A stretch of DNA of 64,000 bases from Hyphomicrobiales bacterium (GCA_019237205.1 JAFAHO010000060.1:716-64715), one strand, 5' to 3'; counted from the stretch's first letter, positions 1 to 9,954 are shown. Numbers and translations are program-made. Notes: a model not told the origin generated them from the letters alone.

Positions 1-77
1 GTGAAACCCGCTCCCGGGATGGCCGAAACGGCGGAGACTGGATACATAAGTCTCTGATTAGAACGGTGGCGATCTCG

Positions 78-90
78 TAAGTTGTTGAAA
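78..90 (-). promoter_or_regulatory. Possible IHF site next to the att core
   Basis: Reverse complement TTTCAACAACTTA is 1 mismatch from WATCAANNNNTTR; a degenerate equivalent lies before att 2. Confidence 0.4.
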
Positions 91-94
91 CTGC

Positions 95-140
95 TGGCGC
101 GCCCGAAGAGATTCGAACTCCTGACCCCCAGATTCGTAGT
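95..140 (-). repeat. att site 1: 3' half of tRNA-Arg(ACG), from anticodon loop to CCA
   Basis: Reverse complement is ACTACGAATCTGGGGGTCAGGAGTTCGAATCTCTTCGGGCGCGCCA (anticodon loop, GTTCGA T-loop, CCA end); the 5' half of the tRNA is absent. Confidence 0.92.
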
Positions 141-283
141 TTGTCCATAGGTCTGTACCGAGACTTTCCGTTTGTACGCTGGACGCCTACGCCGTTGATT
201 TATCCTTTTGTTGTTTATTGTATTTCGGCCACTATAGCGCAGATTGGCGAACCAAGGCTTTCAAACTCGCGAGCCTGCAAACG

Positions 284-302
284 CCGTTCTAACACCGTTC
301 TA
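284..302 (+). repeat. Tandem CCGTTCTA motifs, putative integrase arm-type sites
   Basis: CCGTTCTA at 284 and 295 (11-bp period) just before the integrase ATG; same pair at 61774 and 61785. Confidence 0.65.
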
Positions 303-307
303 GCGTT

Positions 308-1010
308 ATGCCGCAATCCCGACTTTCGTTCTCGGATCGAGCGATCGGCGCTCTGCCGTTCGCCGCATCTGGCCAGCATATCGTCCGAGACGAGGACGTG
401 CCCGGCTTCTTTCTCCTCGTCGGCGCCCGCTCAAAGACCTTCATGATTCAGGGCGATCTTTGGGAACGGAAAGCGACGGACCATCCGCGTCAAGGTAGGG
501 AAGGTGGGCAAGATCGCGACGCGAGAGGCGCGAGCCAAAGCGAAGGTGCTTCTGGGGTCGATTTCCCGCGGCGCAGATCCGCGCCCTAAGCTGGAAGAGC
601 CAACGAGCCCCAGTGCGAATGGACCTGATCCGACCCTGAGGCAAGCGTGGGAGCGCTATCGCGATGGGCATATTTCCTGCGGACAGCAAGAGCGGACATT
701 TGGCGGAGCATAAGGAAAACCGCGATGAGCTCTCGAAATGGGCAATGACCTGAGGCAGACATTTCGAACAATTGCGCAAACCGCGGGTGTGCCGGAACTG
801 GATGTCCACCTGCTCATGAACCATTCAATTCCGGGAGTGAACGCAGGCTACATCACCCGCAGCACCCTGCTGCGCGACCATCTTCGAACTCAGCAGGAAG
901 CTGTCTCGCGAAAAATGATCGACGCCGTACGAGGCGCCAAACAGAACGAGGGTCAAGCGTCGGCTATTTGGATCGGCATGCCCAGCCGGAAGCTTGCGGC
1001 GAGCAGGTAA
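308..1010 (+). pseudogene. Tyrosine integrase pseudogene with N-terminal arm-binding domain
   Basis: Colinear with 61798..63081; 2-nt deletion near 466, ~579-bp internal deletion near 671, 1-nt deletion near 741; C-terminal DLRQTF, MNH and GYI motifs remain. Confidence 0.92.
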
Positions 1011-1499
1011 GCGCTCATAAATGCAATCCGCGCCTGCACACACCTCCGAGCCGACCTCAGGATTCCCATAAAGGAACCACTTCTCGTTGCCATGACCGCC
1101 CGGGAGTCGGCGAGGCGCAGTACACGTGATAGTCCTTCTCCCTAGAACCTGAGTTCCAGACAAGAGGCCGTGTGGAGCACAACCCACATCGGACGCTACG
1201 GCCGACCGTTGCTGACTTTGATCTGACCCTGCCGTTGTTGTTCAGAAGTCGACGAACTGGCTCCTGTCGTTCGTTGAAGAACGCGTGAATGCCGCTCTTA
1301 TCGTCGGCCGGCATGCTGGTACGGGGCAAGGCCGAACGCAAGGGCGGAGAGCGAAAGTTTGCAAAGTCCGATCATCGAAGTCCTCTCTACTAGGTTCGAG
1401 CAATATGCTCCGGGTTCGACCGGAGAGAGATAGATAGGCAGGACTTGGATCGCGAATTTCAGATGAATCGCCGGGCCGCTCGCCTAGACTTTTCCTTTT

Positions 1500-1680
1500 G
1501 ACCACTAAGCAAAAGCTTGCGCCGTCGGATGGGGAATCGTGCTGATGTCGATGGCGTAGTCTATCCGAGCGGCGGCGAAGCTTCGCGATGTTGTTCACGA
1601 TGGCCTCATTGGGTGTGCTGATGCGGGTGAAGATATGCCGGTAATAGCTGGCGTTCTCGGGGGTTTTGCCGAACTCGGTG
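1500..1680 (-). pseudogene. Unidentified frameshifted gene fragment
   Basis: Two minus frames join into protein-like text PANTEFGKTPENASYYRHIFTRISTPNEAIVNNIAKL / AAARIDYAIDISTIPHPTAQAF; family not recognised. Confidence 0.25.
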
Positions 1681-1726
1681 TTGGCCGGCTGCTTTGCCTA
1701 ATGCGGTTGCATCGACCTTCGTGATA

Positions 1727-1744
1727 TAGTACGCTACATTATTA
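1727..1744. promoter_or_regulatory. Operator motif A
   Basis: TAGTACG-CTAC-ATTATTA upstream of ABC operon 1; left half matches TMGTACG-NTAN-CGTACKA. Confidence 0.55.
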
Positions 1745-1883
1745 ATCGCCCGTTTGTGGGCGGAACGGAAAAACGTTTGAGGAGGCGCCCATTGTCGCCC
1801 GCGAAGAGGCCTCTGCAGCGGATCAATGTCCGCGCCGATAAGCGACGGCGCCGATCGGCCTTCCAATCACGCGCTCCGGCCTC

Positions 1884-2741
1884 ATGATCCCGCTTCTGAT
1901 CGCCAATTCTCTCGCCCTTGCGTCGCTCCTCATAATGATGTCGAGCGGTCTTGCGCTCATCTACGGCCTCAGGGACGTAATCAACTTCGGGCACGGCGCG
2001 CTTTATATGCTGGGCGCCTATCTCGGCTATTCGATCGCGCATGTCGCGGGATTTTGGGTCGCCCTCGTGGCGTCGCCGATCCTGCTCGCGCTGGTCGGAG
2101 CCGCGCTCGAAAATCTCGTGCTCCGCCCGCTGCAGCGACGATCCCACATTGAAGTCGCGCTGGTCACGTTGGGACTGGGAATTATCCTCGGCCAGGTTCT
2201 CATCTTTTTCTACGGTGGAGAAGCCCGCACTGTGGACGCGCCGCTCTCTTTGGCGGGTTCGGTCACTGCCTTTGGCCTGACCTATCCGATCTACCGCCTC
2301 TTCCTGATCGGCGTGGGTCTCAGCTCCTGTGCGCTGCTTGCGATTTGGCTGAATTTTTCGACCTCCGGCCTTCACGTTCGCGCGGTCAGCCAGGAACCGT
2401 CGGTCGCCCGCATGATGGGGATCGACGCGGACCGGCTAAGTCTTCTCGTGACTTCGCTGAGCGCCGCGCTCGCCGGCGTGGCGGGCGTCCTCGCCGGTCC
2501 CTACCTGTCCGTTGACCCAGGCATGGACGTCACGATGATCGTAAGCTGCCTTATCATTGTCGTGATCGGCGGAACGGGAAGTATCCCTGGAGCGATCGTC
2601 GCGGCGCTGCTCTACGGGTTCGTTCAGGTTGCAGGCTCCGTGTTCCTCCCCGACCTCGCCGCGCTCGCGCCCTATGCGCTGCTGATGGCCGTGCTCCTGG
2701 TCGCGCCGCGCGGGATCGGGCGCGGACGGGTGCTCGATTGA
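1884..2741 (+). CDS. livH: Liv/HAAT-family ABC permease
   Basis: GLALIYGLRDVINFGHGALYMLGAY; VVIGGTGSIPGA; multiple TM helices. Confidence 0.9.
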   Translation: MIPLLIANSLALASLLIMMSSGLALIYGLRDVINFGHGALYMLGAYLGYSIAHVAGFWVALVASPILLALVGAALENLVLRPLQRRSHIEVALVTLGLGIILGQVLIFFYGGEARTVDAPLSLAGSVTAFGLTYPIYRLFLIGVGLSSCALLAIWLNFSTSGLHVRAVSQEPSVARMMGIDADRLSLLVTSLSAALAGVAGVLAGPYLSVDPGMDVTMIVSCLIIVVIGGTGSIPGAIVAALLYGFVQVAGSVFLPDLAALAPYALLMAVLLVAPRGIGRGRVLD

Positions 2742-3781
2742 ACGGCCAGGCCGCAACTCGCGTAGCCTACCGACGCGGAGCCGCCCTGGTCCCGTCGGCA
2801 CGCGGGAGCCGGCGCATACTCGCCGGCGCTGCCGCGCTTCTTTTATTCACGATTGGCGCCTTTGCGCCTCAGTATCTGGCCAACGATTTCCTCCTGCGAT
2901 TGGCCGATGGGGGTCTCCTGCTTGGAATCCTCGCGCTGAGCATAGCTTTCCTCATGAGTCAGGCTGGGCTCGTCTCGCTCGGCGCAGCGAGCGTCTATGG
3001 CGGCGTCGGCTATCTCTTCGCGATCGCGATGAGCCAATGGTATCTTTCGCCGCTCGCCGCGATCGTCGCATCGATGGTCGTGGTGACCGTCTATGCGGCG
3101 ATCCTCGGCGCGCTCATCATCCGCACAACGCCGCTGGCCTTCATGATGCTTACGCTGGCGGCTGGGGAAATGATCAGCCACGCCGTGCTTCTTGAGGGCT
3201 TGAGAGACTATACGTCCGGCGCGGATGGTCTGGTCGTGAGTTTTGGCGGCACGCTGTTCGGCCTCGAGGCGGGGGACTTCGCCAATTCGGCAAGGTTCTG
3301 GCCCATCGTCTGGACGGCGGCGTGGGCCATCGGGAGCGCCGTCTGGGCGGTCCGCCGCTCGCGGCTCGGAGCAGTTCTCCGGGCTACGCGCCAGAACGAG
3401 GAGCGGATGCGGTTTTCCGGATTCGACACGTATGGTCCGCGCCTCGCCGCTTTCGTGCTCGCCAACGTTATCGCCGGCGCCTGCGGGCTTCTGCATGTCC
3501 TCAACTCTGGTTTCGTGTCGCCGGAGAGCCTGGGTCTGGGTCTCAGCACCAACGCCCTGGTCTCCGCGCTGATCGGCGGGACGGCCACGTCGGCCGGTCC
3601 GCTGCTCGGCGGAGTGATTTTCGCGTTTGCTCAGGACCAATTCGGCGCACACGGACTCACGCAGTTGCTCACGGGTCTCGCGATCGTGGTCTTCATCGTT
3701 CTCTTTCCAAGCGGCGTCGTGGGCGCATGGCGCGACTTCGCTCAATGGATCTGGCGCAACCGCAATCGGGAGGCCGGTTGA
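2738..3781 (+). CDS. livM: Liv/HAAT-family ABC permease
   Basis: AGLVSLG, FMMLTLAAGE, LRATRQNEERMRFSG; TTG start overlaps upstream stop. Confidence 0.88.
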   Translation: MNGQAATRVAYRRGAALVPSARGSRRILAGAAALLLFTIGAFAPQYLANDFLLRLADGGLLLGILALSIAFLMSQAGLVSLGAASVYGGVGYLFAIAMSQWYLSPLAAIVASMVVVTVYAAILGALIIRTTPLAFMMLTLAAGEMISHAVLLEGLRDYTSGADGLVVSFGGTLFGLEAGDFANSARFWPIVWTAAWAIGSAVWAVRRSRLGAVLRATRQNEERMRFSGFDTYGPRLAAFVLANVIAGACGLLHVLNSGFVSPESLGLGLSTNALVSALIGGTATSAGPLLGGVIFAFAQDQFGAHGLTQLLTGLAIVVFIVLFPSGVVGAWRDFAQWIWRNRNREAG

Positions 3782-4480
3782 ATGCTCGAGATCGACAAGC
3801 TCTCCGTCAGTTATGGGACAGTGCATGCATTGCAGGAGGTGGATCTCGAGATCGCCGGGGAGGGAGTGTTGCACGGCGTCATCGGGCCCAACGGCGCCGG
3901 AAAGTCCACCTTGCTCGACGCCGTTTCCGGCCGTCGCCGGCCGACCGCGGGCGCAATCCGCTATCGCGGCCAGGACATTACCCGCCGCTCGGTCGCGTGG
4001 CGACGGCGCCGCGGCATGGCGAGGTCGTTTCAGCGCACAAACATATTTCAGGATCTTACCGTCCGCGAGCAGCTCTCACTCGTCGCATGGCGCCTCGGCG
4101 ACGATCGGATCTCGGATGTCATCGAGGTCATGGATCTAGGCGACTATCTCGAAGAGAGAGCCGGACGAATCGCCTATGGCGTGCAACGTCGGGTCGATGT
4201 GGCGCTTGCGCTGATCGGCCGGCCGCAGCTCTTGCTTTTGGACGAACCTGGCGCCGGCCTTTCAGCCGAGGAAACGCTTCGCCTGTTTCAGCATGTCCGC
4301 GACCTGGTCGGCGAGCGCCGGATCGCGGCGGTCGTCGTCGAGCATGACGTAGACGCTGTCTTCGCCTGCTGCGGGGTTGTGACGGTGCTGGATCTGGGAC
4401 GGCATCTGGCGACCGGAGTCCCCGCGGAGATTCGCGCCGACCAGCGGGTCATAACGGCCTATCTCGGAAGCGCTGCATGA
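3782..4480 (+). CDS. livG: ABC ATP-binding subunit
   Basis: Walker A GPNGAGKST, ARSFQ, LLLLDEP, VEHD. Confidence 0.9.
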   Translation: MLEIDKLSVSYGTVHALQEVDLEIAGEGVLHGVIGPNGAGKSTLLDAVSGRRRPTAGAIRYRGQDITRRSVAWRRRRGMARSFQRTNIFQDLTVREQLSLVAWRLGDDRISDVIEVMDLGDYLEERAGRIAYGVQRRVDVALALIGRPQLLLLDEPGAGLSAEETLRLFQHVRDLVGERRIAAVVVEHDVDAVFACCGVVTVLDLGRHLATGVPAEIRADQRVITAYLGSAA

Positions 4481-5172
4481 GCGCGCTCAAGATGCAGGCG
4501 CTCTACGCCGGCTACGGCGCTTCGACTGTGCTCCATGGCGTCGATCTCGAAATCGGCAAGGGAGAGTCGGTAGCGATCGTCGGCCGGAATGGGGCCGGCA
4601 AGTCGACGCTCTTGATGTCGGTCTTTCGCGAAACGAATATCCTTTCCGGGGAAATATGGGTCGGCGGGGCGCGTATCGACGGGCTGCCCGGCTATTCCGC
4701 CGCAAAACTCGGCGTCGCCATCGCGCCGCAGGGACGGCGGATCCTGCCGAACCTCAGCATCCGGGAGAACCTCCTGCTTGGCGCGGCGACCCGCCGCCCG
4801 GGCCGGTGGAATCTGAGGACGGTGTTCGACCTCTTTCCCGCGCTCGAGCAGCGCGCCAATTCCGGCGGCATGATGCTGAGCGGCGGACAGCAACAGATGC
4901 TCGCCATCGGCCGGGCGCTGATGGCCAACCCCGACCTTCTCCTGCTCGACGAACCTTCGGAAGGACTGTCGCCGCTGCTGGTCGATGACCTTGTGCGCGC
5001 GCTCGACGAGATCCGGCGCGCGGGCACGGGGATCCTCGTGGTCGAACAGCATCTGAGCCTCGTGCGCCGCGCGACCGACCGGTTCGTGATCCTGTCGAAG
5101 GGCGAGGTGGTTGGCGCGGCGCCGACCGCGGAAATCGACGATCCGAGACACCAGACTTTGATGGCGCTTTAG
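4477..5172 (+). CDS. livF: ABC ATP-binding subunit
   Basis: GRNGAGKST, LSGGQQQMLAIGRALM, LLLLDEPSEGL. Confidence 0.92.
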   Translation: MSALKMQALYAGYGASTVLHGVDLEIGKGESVAIVGRNGAGKSTLLMSVFRETNILSGEIWVGGARIDGLPGYSAAKLGVAIAPQGRRILPNLSIRENLLLGAATRRPGRWNLRTVFDLFPALEQRANSGGMMLSGGQQQMLAIGRALMANPDLLLLDEPSEGLSPLLVDDLVRALDEIRRAGTGILVVEQHLSLVRRATDRFVILSKGEVVGAAPTAEIDDPRHQTLMAL

Positions 5173-5193
5173 CCAAATCGTGGGAGGAGAACG

Positions 5194-6396
5194 ATGAGAA
5201 TGACGACTAACCGTTGGCTGATGGGAGCCGCGACAGGCGCTGCGGCGCTGCTCGCCGCAAGCGCTGCGCTTGCGGAGGACACGATCAAGATCGGCGCGCT
5301 CCTGATCGACGCCGGGCCGCTGGCCGGCCTCAAGGAATCGCAGACCAAGGCGATCAATCTGGCGATCGAGCAGATCAACGCGGCGGGGGGCGCGGCGGGC
5401 AAGAAACTCGAGCCGGTCTTCATCACTTACGCCGGCACGCCCGACACCGCAGTCGATGGCGCGACGCGCGCGGTTCAGAAGGACGGCGCCCTCTTCCTCA
5501 CCGGTATGGATACGTCCGCCGTCTCGCCGGCCCTCTCGGCCAAGCTTGGCTCTTTGAACGCGTTGATGGTCGAAGTGTTCGCCCAGGCGGACCCGCTGAC
5601 CGGCAAGGGCTGCAACCCGAACTACTTCCGCGCCAACGTCAACGATTCGATGCTGATGAATGCGGTGGGAGACTTCCTCAAAGACAAGCCGATCAAGTCC
5701 TGGGACATCATTGCGGTCGATTATTCCTCCGGCCGGGACGCGGCGCAAAAGTTCCAGGCGCTGGTCAAGTCGCAGGGCGCAACCGTCGGAAAGTTGCTGT
5801 TTGCTCCCTCCGGAACGGCGGATTTCGGCGCCAAGATCTCGGAACTCGGCGCCAATCCGTCCGAGGGGCTCTATGTCACGATCTTCGGCAGCGACGCGAT
5901 CAATCTCGCCAAGCAGCAGGCGCAATTCGGGCTCTTCGCCAAATACAAGATGGTGATCGGCAATTCTTTCGTGATCCCGCAGGTCCTCCCAGCAATGGGC
6001 GATGCGGCGCTCGACGTCTATCAGACGCTCGGTTTCGTTCCCGGCGAGCCGGGAGCGCAAGCCGATGCTTTCGTGAAAGCGTACAAGGAACGATACAACG
6101 GAGAACAGCCCGCCTACACCTCCGCGGACCAATATGCGGCGATCCAGCTCATGGCCGCCGCCATCAACAAGGCGAATTCGACCGACGTCGCCGCCGTTCG
6201 CGCCGCGATGTCCGGCCTCACCGCCGACACGGTGCTCGGCCCGGCGGAAGTTCGTGCGGCCGACCATCAGACGGCGCGGCCGATCGTCATGAACCAGATC
6301 GTCAAGGGGCCGGACGGCAGGGCCGCGTATGAGATCAAGAAGGTTTTCACCGGCTCCGAAGTCATGGCCCCTGTGGATCCGGCATGCAAAATGTGA
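5194..6396 (+). CDS. Periplasmic substrate-binding protein, Leu/Ile/Val-binding fold
   Basis: Signal peptide ending ALA-EDTIKIG; AIEQINAAGG; DFGAKI; RAADHQ. Confidence 0.9.
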   Translation: MRMTTNRWLMGAATGAAALLAASAALAEDTIKIGALLIDAGPLAGLKESQTKAINLAIEQINAAGGAAGKKLEPVFITYAGTPDTAVDGATRAVQKDGALFLTGMDTSAVSPALSAKLGSLNALMVEVFAQADPLTGKGCNPNYFRANVNDSMLMNAVGDFLKDKPIKSWDIIAVDYSSGRDAAQKFQALVKSQGATVGKLLFAPSGTADFGAKISELGANPSEGLYVTIFGSDAINLAKQQAQFGLFAKYKMVIGNSFVIPQVLPAMGDAALDVYQTLGFVPGEPGAQADAFVKAYKERYNGEQPAYTSADQYAAIQLMAAAINKANSTDVAAVRAAMSGLTADTVLGPAEVRAADHQTARPIVMNQIVKGPDGRAAYEIKKVFTGSEVMAPVDPACKM

Positions 6397-6416
6397 GGCC
6401 GGTTCGCGCTTTCGGA

Positions 6417-6447
6417 CGCTGCGCCGCGCGTCGTGCGCGGCGCAGCG
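6417..6447. terminator. Perfect 13-bp GC hairpin between convergent genes
   Basis: CGCTGCGCCGCGC-GTCGT-GCGCGGCGCAGCG; no clear U-tract. Confidence 0.5.
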
Positions 6448-6461
6448 CCCGGGGCTCGCGT

Positions 6462-7481
6462 CTACACGACCAGCGAAACCTTGCCGAACCGGCCGCCGGT
6501 TTCGAACCTGTCGAACGCGGTCCGGATGTCGGACATGGCGAAGCGGGCGTCGATGACGGGCCTCACCAGCCCGCGGCTGAAGACGTCGAGAAGCCGGCGC
6601 AATTCGCCGACGCTCCCGCCCGTAGACCCGTAGATCTCGAGCTGACGGATAAACACGCGCTGCAAATCGGCCGGTGGATTGGAGCCGGTCGTCGCGCCGC
6701 AGGTCACGAGCCTCCCGCCCCGGCGCAGCGACTTGAGGGATTCTCCCCAGCTGGCGGCGCCGACGCTGTCGATCGCCATGTCGACGCCGCCTCCGCTCAT
6801 GTCGAGAATGGCCTTGGAGACCTTGTCCCTGCCGTAGTTCACGCCGCCTTCGGCTCCCATCGCGACGGCGCGCGCAATTTTCTCGTCGCTGGACGACGTG
6901 ACGAACACGCGGGCGCCGATGAGCTTCGCCAACTGGAGACAAGCAACGGCGACGCCGCCGCCGACGCCCACGATCAGCACGCTCTCCCCTGGCTGCAGCG
7001 CCCTCTTGCCGAAGAGCATTCGCCATGCGGTCAGGTGACCTGTCATCAGGGCCCCAGCCTCCTCGAGATCCGCGTCGTCGGGCAGGGGAAAGAAGCAGCG
7101 GGTCGGCATGGCGACATACTCGGCGAAGCCGCCATGCCGATGTTCGCCCATGATTTTCACGCTCTCGCACAGGGGCTGGTCCCCGGCGAGACAATAGCGG
7201 CATTTTCCGCAGAAGGCCTCGGAATAGATCAGGGCCTTCATGCCGGGCCGCAAGCCGCCGCCCGGCTCCGCTTCAGCGACAACGCCGGCGGCGTCGACGC
7301 CCATAACCTGCGGCAGCACGTGCGTGATCCCGGCGCCGTTGTCGCGCATGTAGAGATCGACGCGATTGAGCGAGCTGGCGATCACTCTGAGCACCGACTC
7401 GCCGGCCGCCGGCGTGGCATCGGGAAAATCACGCCAGTTCGCGCCCGCCGGGCCGCGCTCTTCAAGGACAACCGCTTTCAT
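6462..7481 (-). CDS. MDR-family alcohol dehydrogenase / quinone oxidoreductase-like protein
   Basis: SLNRVDL, GVDAAG, CGKCRYC...C structural Zn loop, GVGGGVA, TCGATTG, FGKV. Confidence 0.88.
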   Translation of the reverse strand: MKAVVLEERGPAGANWRDFPDATPAAGESVLRVIASSLNRVDLYMRDNGAGITHVLPQVMGVDAAGVVAEAEPGGGLRPGMKALIYSEAFCGKCRYCLAGDQPLCESVKIMGEHRHGGFAEYVAMPTRCFFPLPDDADLEEAGALMTGHLTAWRMLFGKRALQPGESVLIVGVGGGVAVACLQLAKLIGARVFVTSSSDEKIARAVAMGAEGGVNYGRDKVSKAILDMSGGGVDMAIDSVGAASWGESLKSLRRGGRLVTCGATTGSNPPADLQRVFIRQLEIYGSTGGSVGELRRLLDVFSRGLVRPVIDARFAMSDIRTAFDRFETGGRFGKVSLVV

Positions 7482-7545
7482 CGTCTCTCCATCGGCCCTC
7501 GGCGCAGGTATATATCCGGCGGCGCGATCCCTGAACGGACGATAT

Positions 7546-7563
7546 TAGTTCGTTAACGTACTG
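7546..7563. promoter_or_regulatory. Operator motif A in a divergent promoter
   Basis: TAGTTCG-TTAA-CGTACTG between 7481(-) and 7580(+). Confidence 0.65.
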
Positions 7564-7579
7564 TCGAGATCGGGGCGCC

Positions 7580-8647
7580 ATGATCTCATTTGCGCTTACG
7601 GAAGAGCAGACCCTCGTGCAGGCCGCGGCCAAGCAGTTCGCCGCCGACGAGGCTCGCCCCGCCGCGCGCGCCGCTGACGAAGCGGGCGAATTTCCGGAAA
7701 TGCTTCTCCGCCGCGCCTGGGATCTGGGCCTGGCCAAGAGCGCGGCAGACGCCGAACCGATGGACCAGCCCTCGGTGCTGAACGCAGTCGCGCTCGGTGA
7801 AATCGCTCACGGCGACGCGGCGCTGGCTGTCGCGCTCGCGGGGGCGCTGGGCTTCGCCAGAGCCGTCGCGTCGCAGGGAACGGAAGCCCAGCGCGAACGG
7901 CATCTCGCGGCCTTCCAGTCGGACGCGCCGGTCTTCGCCGCGGTCGCCACCCGCGATGCGGGCTGGTTTTGCGGGCAAGGACGGGCGACGCGCGCCGGGC
8001 GCGCCGGCAACGGGTGGCGGATCGAAGGCGCCAAGGCGCTCGTTCCGCTCGCGGCGCGCTGCGATCGGCTGTTGGTGACGGCCGAGACGGAAGAGGGCGT
8101 GCGAGGCTTCATCGTCGAAGCAAAATCTCCGCGCCTCCGCATCGAGCCCGCCAGGGGCACGCTTGGCATGCGCGCGCTGCAGATGGCCGACATTGTTCTC
8201 GATGGGGTCGAGGTCACGGACGACGAGCTCCTGCCGGGGGCGATGAGACGCGTCATCGACGCGAGCCGGATTGCACTGACAGCGGTCCTCGGCGGCCTCG
8301 CCCGCGCTGTCTATGAGTACACATTGCCTTACGTGAAGGAGCGGGTGGTGCATGGCGAGCCGATCGGCCGGAAACAAGCGGTGGCTTTCAAGCTCGCGGA
8401 CATGCATATCGCGGCGAACGCTATCCGATGGACGGGACTTAGAGCTGCGGCCGAGCTCGATTCGAATCCGGAAGCCGCACGGACGGCGCGGCTCGCGCAA
8501 CGCTACGCCGCCGAACAGGCGCTGAAGATCGCCGACGAGGGCGTGCAGCTCTTCGGCGGGTACGGCTTCATTCGCGAATATCCGCTCGAGATGTGGTACC
8601 GGAACGCCCGGTCCCTCTCGGTGCTCGATGGTCTCGCCGGAGTGTAG
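7580..8647 (+). CDS. Acyl-CoA dehydrogenase-like protein, degenerate, probable non-catalytic subunit
   Basis: ACAD C-terminus (QAVAFKLADM, QLFGGYGFIREYPLE) but no TEPxxGSD and LDG in place of the catalytic xEG. Confidence 0.8.
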   Translation: MISFALTEEQTLVQAAAKQFAADEARPAARAADEAGEFPEMLLRRAWDLGLAKSAADAEPMDQPSVLNAVALGEIAHGDAALAVALAGALGFARAVASQGTEAQRERHLAAFQSDAPVFAAVATRDAGWFCGQGRATRAGRAGNGWRIEGAKALVPLAARCDRLLVTAETEEGVRGFIVEAKSPRLRIEPARGTLGMRALQMADIVLDGVEVTDDELLPGAMRRVIDASRIALTAVLGGLARAVYEYTLPYVKERVVHGEPIGRKQAVAFKLADMHIAANAIRWTGLRAAAELDSNPEAARTARLAQRYAAEQALKIADEGVQLFGGYGFIREYPLEMWYRNARSLSVLDGLAGV

Positions 8648-8657
8648 GGAGAGAAAG

Positions 8658-9797
8658 ATGGTCAGTTTCGCGCTCACCAGGGCCGATCGCGCCATCCTGA
8701 AGGAAGCGAAAGCTCAAGCCGATCTCGCTTCCAGACACGCGCGGGAATTCGAACACGACGAGGACCGGATGTTGCCGCACGCCTTTCCGGAAGCGGAGGG
8801 GCGGCCGGACACCAGGGCCATGCTCGCACACCTCGAACCGGAGACGAGCGGCGCCAAAATTCTGACGGCGCTGCTCTATCTCGAGGACTGGCGAGGCGGC
8901 GTACCTTTGCGCGAGGCTCGCTATTCGCTCGGCAACACCGCGCTCAGGATTGCCGGCGCGCCGGAGCAATACGAACGATGGCGCAATCGGACGATCGCCA
9001 TCGGCCTCACCGAGTCGGTCGGAGGCTCCGATCCCGCGTCCACCCGGACGACCGCCACATGGGACGCTGCCGCCGGCGAATGGGTGATCGAGGGCGAAAA
9101 GATATTCATCACTTATGCGGAAAGTTGCGACGCCGTCCTGGTTCTGGCCCGCCTCGTCCATCCGGAACGGCGGGGGCTGTCGGCCTTCATGGTTGAAAAG
9201 GGAACGCCGGGTTTGAGCGTCGGGCGGCAGTTCCGCAAGATGGGCATCCGCTTCGAGGACACCGCGCCGCTCGCTTTTTCCGCTTGCCGCGTGCCGGCGT
9301 TCAACCATATCGACGGCGATCTGAAGTCGATGCTTCGGTCATTCAGCGAATCTCGGCCAGTCGTCGCTGCCTATGCGCTCGGCGTCACCCGGGCGGCGCT
9401 TGACTTCACCTGGGGGCGCCTGGCGGAAATCGGGATCGCGCCGGACTACGACCAGGGCCCGACGGAAACGACCGCCGCGGCCGACCGCCTGATGAGCCTC
9501 GAGGCCGAGTGGGAAGCGACCTGGACCGTGGTTTTGCAAGCCAAATGGATTGAACAGAACGAAGGCCCGGGCAAGATCGATTCCTCAATGGCGAAGGCGA
9601 TGGGCGGCGGCCTCGCACGGAGAGTGACCCAGACCTGCATCGACGTCCTCGGCGTTTGCGGACTTTCCGACGCCTATCCGATCGAGAAGGCGTTTCGCGA
9701 CGCCAGGATCTTCGACATCTACGAGGGAACAGGCGAGGTGCAGCGCCTGATCATCGCGCGCGAAATTCTGGGTTATTCGCCGAAGGAGCTCAACTGA
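8658..9797 (+). CDS. Acyl-CoA dehydrogenase, FadE23-like catalytic subunit
   Basis: GLTESVGGSD, GEKIFIT, RDARIFDIYEGTGEVQR; ATG 8658 after GGGAGAG. Confidence 0.88.
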   Translation: MVSFALTRADRAILKEAKAQADLASRHAREFEHDEDRMLPHAFPEAEGRPDTRAMLAHLEPETSGAKILTALLYLEDWRGGVPLREARYSLGNTALRIAGAPEQYERWRNRTIAIGLTESVGGSDPASTRTTATWDAAAGEWVIEGEKIFITYAESCDAVLVLARLVHPERRGLSAFMVEKGTPGLSVGRQFRKMGIRFEDTAPLAFSACRVPAFNHIDGDLKSMLRSFSESRPVVAAYALGVTRAALDFTWGRLAEIGIAPDYDQGPTETTAAADRLMSLEAEWEATWTVVLQAKWIEQNEGPGKIDSSMAKAMGGGLARRVTQTCIDVLGVCGLSDAYPIEKAFRDARIFDIYEGTGEVQRLIIAREILGYSPKELN

Positions 9798-9936
9798 ACG
9801 CGCGCAGCCCGGGCCATCTTACCTCTGCGTGGCGGGCGGGACGCGAGTGAAAGATTTAAGCTCTCCGCCCCTATTCGACGTCGGTTTTGGCGAACGGACT
9901 CTTGCGAAGACGCTTCGTCTGGCCCAAATGTGCGAA

Positions 9937-9954
9937 TTGTCTGCTAGTGTACGA
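9937..9954. promoter_or_regulatory. Degenerate motif A upstream of MarR-1
   Basis: TTGTCTG-CTAG-TGTACGA. Confidence 0.4.

Noticed and set aside
95-140. Functional tRNA-Arg gene
   Set aside because: The D arm and the 5' acceptor and anticodon stems are missing in both copies; these are att remnants.
4459-7203. 914-aa minus-strand ORF
   Set aside because: Lies antisense to livF and the binding protein, and in a different frame over the MDR gene. Arg/Gly-rich with no motifs; a typical high-GC shadow ORF. The same applies to most other overlapping ORFs in the track.
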